Shown piece by piece: positions 7,916-14,375 of a stretch of 14,375 nt of DNA. The stretch's first letter is position 1. Each line of letters starts with the position of its first letter. The notes beneath the pieces were generated by a model. It was not told the DNA's origin and did no database searches. It was given only the letters and a program-made list of their open reading frames with translations. The translations under genes and the position numbers were made by a program. Source of the stretch: Candidatus Fervidifonticultor sextus (GTDB lineage Bacteria > Sysuimicrobiota > Sysuimicrobiia > Sysuimicrobiales > Humicultoraceae); the NCBI GenBank assembly GCA_031459875.1, contig JAVKHQ010000052.1, positions 1-14,375 of the forward strand, written 5' to 3'.

Positions 7916-9434
7916 GGCTGCCCATCAGACCCTGCGCGACGTTTTTCTGCCCCGGAACGACCGTTTTCAACCGCGGATAGAGGTCCTTTAGCCTGCGGTA
8001 GGTCTCGCGGTACACGGCATAGAGGTCGGCATAGACAGCTGCAGCTTCGCGGTCGGGCTCGGTGACGCCAGCGATCTTCACCCGAGCCTTGATATCCTGC
8101 CAGGACCACAATCCCGCGGCCACGCCCGCCACGGACGCTACACCGTATGCACTTCCCGTGTGTCCGCCTGCCAGATGGTAGACCTCCCGTCCGAGGATCG
8201 AGGCCGTGATCTCCCGCCACAGCCCGCTGCGAGCGCCGCCGTCCACAATAAAGAACCGAGAGATCCTGTGGCCGGCGGTTTCGAGTACCTCGACGTGGTG
8301 CCGGAATGCGAACGCCACGCTCTCCAGGATCGCGCGGTAAAGGTGCGCCGGGGTATGGGACAAGGTCAACCCCAGCACGGTGCCACGTGCCTGGGGATCG
8401 TGCAACGGGGTCTTTTCGCCCAGAAAGTACGGCAATAACACCAGCCCGTTGCTCCCCGGGGGAACCCGGGCCGCCGCCTGGTCGAGTTCGGCGTAGGATA
8501 CGCCTGGCCGAAAACTGTCCCGAAACCACTTCACCGCGCTCCCCGATGTGGCCATGCAGCCATTGATGATGAAGAGTCCCGGGAGATCGTGGTAGTCGAT
8601 GAACAGTTCCCGAAGTGGCCGGAATCCGACGATCGCGTAGAGGAAGTCTCCCGCGCCGCCCAGTTTGAGGACGGCCTCGCCTTCCGTCGTCAACCCTGCG
8701 GCCAGCGCCGCCGCGATGTGATCGGCACTTCCGGCGATCACCCGCGTGGAGGTGTGCAGACCCGTCTCGTCTGCCACCGGACGGGTCACCTCCCCGACGA
8801 TCTCGTGGGGGCGTCGCACCGATGCCAGGGCCTCCGGAGGCAGATCCAGAAGCGCCAGGACCGGCTTGAGCCATGCCTCCTCCAAGACATTCCACATTCC
8901 GGATTCCAGCGCCCAATTAGCCTCGGCGTAGGCAGGGGCCCCGGTCAGCCGACCGGTCAAGTACTCGTATGAACCGCACAGGCGGCTCATGCGACGCCAG
9001 CTCTCCGGCTCGTTGCGCCGAAGCCACAGGAGTTTGGGGGGGATCACCTGCTGGTTCCATGTGGCCCCGGTGCACCTGAACAGCTCGTCTTCGGAAAACT
9101 GCTCCTTGAAGAAACGAATCTCGTCCACGGCGCGCGCATCGTTCTGCTGGATCGACCGCCGGATCGGTGCTCCGGCCGCATCAAGCAACAGGAGCGTCGG
9201 GACCATACCCGACACACCCAGCGCCCTCACCCCGGACGCATCACGCTCCCGGAGCACCTGCCTGACCGTGGCCACGACCCCGCGCCACCAGTCTTCGGGA
9301 TCCTCCTCCGCCCAGCCGACGTGCGGGCTGATCAGGTCGTGGAACCATTCGGCCTGCGCCAGCAACTGCCCGTCGTCGCGTAGCAGGACTGCTTTGCACG
9401 CCGTCGTCCCGATGTCGATGCCGAGCACCGGCAT
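7899..9434 (-). CDS. FGGY-family carbohydrate kinase (xylulokinase-like)
   Basis: N-terminal [55 protein letters not shown] and DGGARS; 511 aa. Confidence 0.95.
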   Translation of the reverse strand: MPVLGIDIGTTACKAVLLRDDGQLLAQAEWFHDLISPHVGWAEEDPEDWWRGVVATVRQVLRERDASGVRALGVSGMVPTLLLLDAAGAPIRRSIQQNDARAVDEIRFFKEQFSEDELFRCTGATWNQQVIPPKLLWLRRNEPESWRRMSRLCGSYEYLTGRLTGAPAYAEANWALESGMWNVLEEAWLKPVLALLDLPPEALASVRRPHEIVGEVTRPVADETGLHTSTRVIAGSADHIAAALAAGLTTEGEAVLKLGGAGDFLYAIVGFRPLRELFIDYHDLPGLFIINGCMATSGSAVKWFRDSFRPGVSYAELDQAAARVPPGSNGLVLLPYFLGEKTPLHDPQARGTVLGLTLSHTPAHLYRAILESVAFAFRHHVEVLETAGHRISRFFIVDGGARSGLWREITASILGREVYHLAGGHTGSAYGVASVAGVAAGLWSWQDIKARVKIAGVTEPDREAAAVYADLYAVYRETYRRLKDLYPRLKTVVPGQKNVAQGLMGSHAGRA

Positions 9435-9449
9435 TCCGACCGTCGCCCC

Positions 9450-10262
9450 CTATGCCCGGACCCGCGCGCCGCGAGCGGCCTCCATGAAACGGCGGGCCCG
9501 CTCCGGATCCACTGCCGCCCAAGTGTTTCCGGCCACCTTGAGGGCGGTCCCGACCACACAGCCGTCCGCGACGGCCAGCACCTCAGCGACGTTCTCCTCT
9601 CGGACGCCGGTATTGGCCAGGACCGGCGTCTCCGGCACCGCCCGCTTGACCGCCCGCAGGTCTTCCAGAGAGGTGGGCTCGCCGGTGATCGGTCCCGAGA
9701 CCAGAATCGCGTCTGCCAGGCTCGAAAAGACTGCGCTGCGTGCCCGTTCGGCCACCGTGCGGCGGTCGAGAGGCGAGGCGAACTCGGCGGAGATGTTGTA
9801 GAGCAGGAAAAGGTCATCGCGCCCGACCCGACGCCGGTAGCGCAGGGCTTCGGCGGCCCGCCCTTCCCAGAGACCCATGTCCGAGCCATAGACGCCCGTG
9901 AGTATCTCGCGGGCGAAGTGCGCGCCGGTCGCAGCAGCCAGGGCCACGGTGCTGAGGGCATCCCACAGCACGTCCACGCCGAACGGCACCCCGATCTCCC
10001 CGCGCAACCGACCGATGACGTAGGCCATGGTCGCGGTCGAGGCCGCGTCCACCCTCAGCTCATAGGGGCGGTCGTTCTCGTTGCCAAACATCACCGCATC
10101 CACGCCTGCCGACTGCAACGCGGCTAGGTCCTCACGGGCCCTTCTGAAGATGGCCTCCACCCCGCCCTGGGCGTCATAGAGTGGAGTCCCGGGTAGTGCC
10201 GAGAGGTGCACCATCGCGACAATGGGCTTCGAGGTCCCGAACAGCCGGATGAACCGGTCCAT
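9450..10262 (-). CDS. BtpA/SgcQ-family TIM-barrel protein
   Basis: KPIVAMVHLSALPGTP, GVDAVMFGNENDRPY, PFGVDVLWD, ADAILVSGPITG, PVLANTGV and ADGCVVGTALK are the characteristic BtpA/SgcQ motifs. Confidence 0.92.
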   Translation of the reverse strand: MDRFIRLFGTSKPIVAMVHLSALPGTPLYDAQGGVEAIFRRAREDLAALQSAGVDAVMFGNENDRPYELRVDAASTATMAYVIGRLRGEIGVPFGVDVLWDALSTVALAAATGAHFAREILTGVYGSDMGLWEGRAAEALRYRRRVGRDDLFLLYNISAEFASPLDRRTVAERARSAVFSSLADAILVSGPITGEPTSLEDLRAVKRAVPETPVLANTGVREENVAEVLAVADGCVVGTALKVAGNTWAAVDPERARRFMEAARGARVRA

Positions 10263-10265
10263 GGG

Positions 10266-11021
10266 CTACGCGATCACCACCCGCTTGACGCGCTCGCGAA
10301 GCACCGCCTCATGGGCGCCGATGCCGCCGTCCGTGATGACCGCGGATAACTCCTCAATGCGGCAGACCTGGGCCAGAGCTCTGCGGCCAAACTTGCTGTG
10401 ATCGGCGACCAGGACTGCCTCCCGGGCCGCCCGGATGCCGAGACGTTTCACCGCGGCCTCCTCCACCGTGCTGTTGGTCACAGTCTCGTCGTCCACAGCG
10501 TCAGCGGCAAGGAAGAACAGATCTGCATTGAGACCCCTCAGCGTCTCCTCGGCCCAGGGGCCGACGAGGCTGAAAAAGCCGTTGCGCACGCGTCCGCCGA
10601 TCAGTAAGACCTCGGTCTGCCCGGCAGCCGCCGCCTGAGCCGTAGGCAGATCCAGGGCGATCAGGGTAATCGGTTTTCCGGCCAGCTGGCGTGCCAGCGC
10701 AAGGGTCGTAGTTCCCGAATCGAGCAGCACGGTCACACCCGCAGAGACTAGCCGGGCGGCCGCCTCGGCGATCCGTTCCTTTTGCTCCCGCATTCTCTTG
10801 GACTTCAGCGCGAAGGAAGGTTCGTAGGCGGTTCCCAATGCCCTCCACAGGGCTCCGCCGTGCGTCCGCTCGATGAGCGTCTGCTGCGCCAGTTCTTCGA
10901 GATCGCGTCGGACGGTAGCGATGGACACGCCGAGCGCCTGCTGTAACTCGACGGTGCGTGCGCTTCCCCCCTCCTCGAGAAGCTGCAGAATCCGCCGACG
11001 TCGTTCTTGTGGGAACGCCAT
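10266..11021 (-). CDS. DeoR/GlpR-family transcriptional regulator
   Basis: N-terminal HTH (ERRRRILQLL...LGVSIATVRRDL..L...RTHGGA) and C-terminal sensor domain (LDSGTTT, LIGG, ADHSKFG). Confidence 0.96.
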   Translation of the reverse strand: MAFPQERRRRILQLLEEGGSARTVELQQALGVSIATVRRDLEELAQQTLIERTHGGALWRALGTAYEPSFALKSKRMREQKERIAEAAARLVSAGVTVLLDSGTTTLALARQLAGKPITLIALDLPTAQAAAAGQTEVLLIGGRVRNGFFSLVGPWAEETLRGLNADLFFLAADAVDDETVTNSTVEEAAVKRLGIRAAREAVLVADHSKFGRRALAQVCRIEELSAVITDGGIGAHEAVLRERVKRVVIA

Positions 11022-11036
11022 AATTGGTCGATTCCT

Positions 11037-11076
11037 TGATTGTTTGTGGTTTATTATGATCGAATCAGATCGAATC
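11037..11076. promoter_or_regulatory. Putative DeoR operator: four phased 10-bp direct repeats
   Basis: Plus strand TGATTGTTTG / TGGTTTATTA / TGATCGAATC / AGATCGAATC, adjacent with 10-bp period, covering the spacer, the -10 box and the likely start site. Confidence 0.65.
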
Positions 11077-11082
11077 TGTCAA
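11053..11082 (-). promoter_or_regulatory. Sigma70-type promoter of the deoR-sgcQ-kinase-SDR operon
   Basis: On the minus strand, TTGACA (11082-11077), an 18-nt spacer and CATAAT (11058-11053), in an AT-rich patch about 30 nt upstream of the deoR ATG. AAGGA serves as RBS. Confidence 0.8.
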
Positions 11083-11156
11083 GTTGCTGCGTTGTTGTGA
11101 GACCGTCACGCCCGGGGTAGCACTTCCCTTGGCCGATGATGTTGGTGCCCGACTCG

Positions 11157-12783
11157 CTAGCTAGTTAGCAGGCGTGCCCACAGGCCGTTCACGCCACGCT
11201 GATGGAGATCCACCAAACTCTTGTATAGTGCCGGAGATAGCCATCGGCTTGAGTGCTCCACTCGCTCGCCGCGGGGCCAAGAGTCTTTGTAACTTGCTGC
11301 TCAAACGTTCCAGCATCCAGGCCGCTGCGCACCGCCCGTTCCAGGAGATCGCAGAACCTGTCGAACCGCTCAGGGGTCGCCACCGCCGCGGGAACCAAGA
11401 ACTTCCCCACGGCGGTCGAGAACACATAGGCGCCGCGCGTGTAGAGATCCTCACCTTCTGCCGGTGTCCGGACTGAATCAGTGAGATAGACGGGGATGCC
11501 GATCTCGCCTCGCCGGTACTCCAGCAGGTCGGCTATCGCCAGCAGGTAATTGACCCTCGCCGTGAGCACGGCGAGCGGGTTGAGGTCGAAGCCCACCACG
11601 TTGCGCAAGATCGCCTCAAGGAGGTCGCGCTCCGGGACCATGAGGGCTTGCCCGAGGCTCCGCATCCGGGCGATCACCAGAACAAGAAATGTGCCTCATC
11701 CGCAGGCCGGGTCCAGGAATCGGGCCTCCAGTAGTTTCTTGCGCAGCGCCCGCTCCCTGGTGCGGCGGTCCGCTGTAGAGAACTTCGAGTCAACCTGGAC
11801 CAGTAGCCGCTGGGCGAGCCAGTCGGGTGTGTAGTACTCGTCCAGGTTGTGCCGGACTTCACGCGGCAGCAAGTAATGGTATGGCTGCTTGAACAGGTCC
11901 CGGATCTCTTCGGGGACGATCGCCAGGGTTACTGGCTCGTACTCATCCAGGCGCTGAAGGATTTCCCGCAGGCCTCCCTCGATGCGCTCTCCCCAGACGT
12001 GGAAGTACCAGGAGAAGAAGTCACCCTCCAGCAAGTTCGCCAGGCCGTAGGCGCGGAAGATGCCGCCTTCCTCCACCTCCTTCAGACGGCGGCGCAGCGT
12101 ATCGGAGTCGGCCGCAGAGAGATCACCGAATGAAGGCGCGCCAAGCCGCACGGCTATGTGCCGCGAAAGGGCCAGCCAGGCCAGGAGTTTGGCCATCAGC
12201 GCGAAGTAGGTGTGAAAGGCGAAGAAGAAGCGTTCGGCCTCTGCGCCAGTGCGGACTCGAAGGCCCACCTTCCGCACCCACTTCCGGAGCGGCTCCAGCT
12301 TGCGGCCCCCAAACGCCTCGGAGTAGTCGATGGCCTCGCTGAAGAACTGCCGCCACTGCTCGAAGAGCCTGGCTGTCAGGCTTTCGCGATCACGGAGGGC
12401 TTCCTAAGGGGCGTGGTACAGGGCGAGCAGGACGTTCTGAGTGCGCAGTTGCAACGGGTGAGCCCATCGATGTAGTCCCGCACCTGACGGATCGAGTTCC
12501 TGGTGGCCGCATCTGGCGGCTTCTTCAGCGTACCGGAGCGTTCGTACTCAACGACGAGCCGGTTGAAGACTGCGTCGGCGCGTCCGTTTGCGAGGGTATA
12601 CTCGGCGTGGGCCAGGGGATTGATCCCGACCTGGCGGCAGAAGGCGTCCAGGAGTGGCTCAATTGCCCGCCGGAAGTCGGCTTCGCTGGGTCCTGAGGGG
12701 AGGATTTCGCGAAGCCTCGCTTGCAAGGACTTCGCCCAGGAGCGGGTCAGTGTTTGACGTTCGCCGGAGCTGAAGGTGGGCAT
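11157..12783 (-). pseudogene. Type IIG-like (Eco57I-like) restriction-modification enzyme: nuclease + N6-adenine methyltransferase, multiply disrupted and 3'-truncated
   Basis: The N-terminus has the PD-(D/E)xK-like GRADAVFNRLVVEYE. Lesions: frame change after DYIDGL (~12460), in-frame TAG at 12404-12406, TGA at 11696-11698 inside motif I (FLDPACG*GTFL) and a frameshift near 11230. Other motifs are motif X 'RHNLDEYYTPDWLA' and motif II 'GFDLNPLAV'. After the last frameshift it reads ALYKSLVDLHQRGVNGLWARLL and ends at 11157, before any NPP(W/Y) motif IV. Confidence 0.9.
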
Positions 12784-12951
12784 TGCCTGTTCTCCACCCG
12801 TTGGGCTCAGTTTTGCATCGGCAGATTTCTCCCCTCCCGACAGTTCCCCCCATCATTCTGCCGCCAGGCGCTCGGGAAGCCGCTCCGCTCCCTCAGCGCG
12901 GATTTCGAGGTAGCGCCGGCAATGACTTTGAATCCGCGGCTTGAGGCCAGG
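12464..12951. repeat. Diverged direct repeat, copy B (pairs with 1862-2199)
   Basis: Direct alignment by eye. This copy contains the 149 bp missing from copy A and covers the RM gene start plus about 170 bp upstream. Confidence 0.95.
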
Positions 12952-12986
12952 CTTACGCTCCGTTTGACGAGCGATAGGCTGAAGCC

Positions 12987-13130
12987 TCACTCCCCGCTCT
13001 CACGGCCCGCCTTCTTCTTCCAGCGTGTCCCGGCCGCCTTGCGGGCGATTTCCCGCCGCCGCTGGGGAGAGAGCTCTTTAGCTCTGGCTCGTCCTCCCTT
13101 GGCTGGTCTTCCCTGGAGTCCGCGGAGGGC
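12987..13130 (-). pseudogene. Remnant of a small basic 'KGGxARAxxLSPxRRxEIARKAAxxRW' protein typical of mobile elements
   Basis: Not in the ORF track. 13100-12987 translates as KGGRARAKELSPQRRREIARKAAGTRWKKKAGRESGE*. No convincing start codon with an RBS was found just upstream. Confidence 0.6.
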
Positions 13131-13260
13131 CGCTGAACCACAGGGCCGCAAGCTCGACAAGGATGAAACTCTTCGGAGGCTATTCGAGGCCGCAAAGTGC
13201 GCCCGTGCCCCAAGAGGAAGTCACTCGAGAAGTTGGAGGCTCAGAACCCCTTGCCAATCC

Positions 13261-13335
13261 TGGAGCCGGCGACGAGATTCGAACTCGTGACCTGCGCATT
13301 ACGAGTGCGCTGCTCTACCACTGAGCTACGCCGGC
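13261..13335 (-). tRNA. tRNA-Thr (anticodon CGT)
   Basis: GCCGGCGTAGCTCAGTGGTAGAGCAGCGCACTCGTAATGCGCAGGTCACGAGTTCGAATCTCGTCGCCGGCTCCA: acceptor stem GCCGGCG/CGCCGGC, D-arm GCTC/GAGC, anticodon arm GCGCA-CT CGT AA-TGCGC, T-loop TTCGAAT and encoded CCA. Confidence 0.98.
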
Positions 13336-13348
13336 TCGAGCAATCCCC

Positions 13349-13357
13349 ATTGTAGCA
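13349..13357 (-). promoter_or_regulatory. Extended -10 promoter element for tRNA-Thr
   Basis: Minus strand TGCTACAAT (TGn + TACAAT), 13 nt upstream of the mature tRNA 5' end. Confidence 0.6.
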
Positions 13358-13478
13358 AACGCCTTTGGTGCGCTGCCACCCCCGCCCGTGCCGTCGGGCG
13401 GCGCGGGAACGCGAGGAGGATTCGTTGCGAGCCGCGCGAACACGGCCAGCAAGAACCCGCGGGGCGGGGTGAATACCG

Positions 13479-13751
13479 ATGACCGAGCGGCTGTGGGAGA
13501 TCTACGAGCAGCTCTGTCAGGTGGAGATGCGGAGCCTCGACGAGTTCGTCCGGCGCCTCAAGTCGGGTGAGTTCGGCGACTTCGACCGCCACGACGTCGT
13601 CGGCTTCCTGCGCGAGATCGAGGCGGCCATGCTCAGCAACATCCAGACCAAGGCGATGGAGCATGCGCGCTACGCCGAGATGGCTGACGAGGTCAGCGAG
13701 GAAACCCACCAGATGTTCGACGACCTGATCGAGCACTACGAACGCGCCTGA
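13479..13751 (+). CDS. Hypothetical small acidic alpha-helical protein (90 aa)
   Basis: Strong GC3 codon bias, GGGGTG RBS-like sequence before the ATG, protein-like composition (MTERLWEIYEQLCQVEMRSLDEFVRRLKSGEFGDF...). No family recognised. Confidence 0.85.
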   Translation: MTERLWEIYEQLCQVEMRSLDEFVRRLKSGEFGDFDRHDVVGFLREIEAAMLSNIQTKAMEHARYAEMADEVSEETHQMFDDLIEHYERA

Positions 13752-13752
13752 T

Positions 13753-13770
13753 GCGCGCCCGCCGGCGCGC
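13753..13770. terminator. GC-rich hairpin between convergent genes, possible terminator
   Basis: GCGCGCC-CGCC-GGCGCGC perfect 7-bp stem in the 31-nt gap between two stop codons. There is no U-tract. Confidence 0.35.
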
Positions 13771-13782
13771 GCCGTCCGACCG

Positions 13783-14375
13783 CTAGATCACGAACCGCCC
13801 GTCCCGGTAGATCACCTCGCCGTCCGCGCGCACCTCGGATTCGCGCCGCAGGTCGCAGATCATGTCCCAGTGCAGGCCGGACTGGTTCGTCCCGCCGGTC
13901 TCCGGGTAGGCGGCGCCCAGCGCCATGTGCACCGTGCCGCCGATCTTCTCGTCGAACAGGATGTTGCGGGTGAACCGGGTGATCCCGTAGTTCGTCCCGA
14001 AGGCGAACTCGCCGAGCGTGCGCGCGCCCGCGTCCAGGTCGAGCATGGCGTGGAGGAACTCCTCGCCCTTGCGCGCCGAGGCCTCCACGACACGCCCCTC
14101 CTTGAAGGTCAGTGTGATGCCCTCCACCTCGCGGCCGCTGTAAATCGCCGGAAACGAGAAGGTCACGCGCCCGCTCGTGGCCGTCTCCACCGGGCCAGTG
14201 AATACCTCGCCGTCGGGGAAGTTGTGCTCGCCCGCGGCGTTGATCCAGCGCCGGCCGTCGGTGCGCACGGTCAGGTCGATGGTCGGGCCCTGCAACCGCA
14301 GCTCGCGCTTCGTGTCGAGGACACGGACGATGCGGTCCTGTTCTTCCCGGATCTTCGTCCAGGACGCCACGGGGT
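13783..14375 (-). CDS. Aminopeptidase, peptidase family M29 (AmpS/aminopeptidase T type), 3' part, starts beyond the right edge
   Basis: Metal-ligand motifs [36 protein letters not shown] and SGLHWDMI. Confidence 0.95.
   Translation of the reverse strand, partial: PVASWTKIREEQDRIVRVLDTKRELRLQGPTIDLTVRTDGRRWINAAGEHNFPDGEVFTGPVETATSGRVTFSFPAIYSGREVEGITLTFKEGRVVEASARKGEEFLHAMLDLDAGARTLGEFAFGTNYGITRFTRNILFDEKIGGTVHMALGAAYPETGGTNQSGLHWDMICDLRRESEVRADGEVIYRDGRFVI

Larger units (their letters stand above)
561..13260. mobile_element. Putative decayed genomic island (possibly two tandem related islands) at the 3' end of tRNA-Thr(CGT)
   Basis: Begins immediately downstream of the tRNA and contains RM and toxin-antitoxin pseudogenes, mobile-type scraps and internal direct repeats, flanked by housekeeping-type genes. 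No intact integrase or att duplication was found, so the left boundary is approximate. Confidence 0.6.

Noticed and set aside
11696..11698. TGA in DPACG*GTF as selenocysteine or programmed readthrough
   Set aside because: The position is a conserved Ser one base from TCA and the gene carries several other disabling lesions, so a simple nonsense mutation is more likely.
67..13290. Numerous plus-strand and alternative-frame ORFs (e.g. 4795-5763, 5779-6504, 8989-9801, 7816-8916, 12721-13290)
   Set aside because: These are shadow ORFs of high-GC genes: Arg/Pro/Ser-rich, without motifs, and overlapping well-supported minus-strand genes.
1..14375. CRISPR array, rRNA or riboswitch
   Set aside because: No regularly spaced short repeats or recognisable structured-RNA motifs were seen apart from the tRNA.

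Overview
High-GC bacterial DNA, almost all coded on the minus strand. The ends look like ordinary chromosome. On the left is the 5' part of a thiamine-diphosphate enzyme gene; on the right are tRNA-Thr(CGT), a small acidic hypothetical gene and the 3' part of an M29 aminopeptidase gene. The ~12.5 kb downstream of the tRNA 3' end (about 560-13250) reads as a decayed genomic island. Its defence and mobility genes are broken: a type IIG-like restriction-modification (nuclease + N6-methyltransferase) gene present as two related remnants that form a diverged direct repeat ~10.6 kb apart, an MNT-HEPN toxin-antitoxin pseudogene pair, and small mobile-element-like scraps. Between the two repeat copies lies an intact co-directional metabolic cassette: DeoR regulator, BtpA/SgcQ-family protein, FGGY carbohydrate kinase, SDR dehydrogenase and a PhnS2/T2/U2 (2-aminoethylphosphonate-type) ABC transporter, plus a decayed second substrate-binding gene. 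The cassette has a clear sigma70 promoter overlapped by four phased 10-bp repeats. The best candidate for an undescribed system is this pairing of a sugar/polyol catabolic module containing the orphan enzyme SgcQ/BtpA with a phosphonate-type transporter whose binding protein has diverged, with no phosphonate-cleaving genes in the window. All family calls come from motifs recognised by eye; no searches were run.
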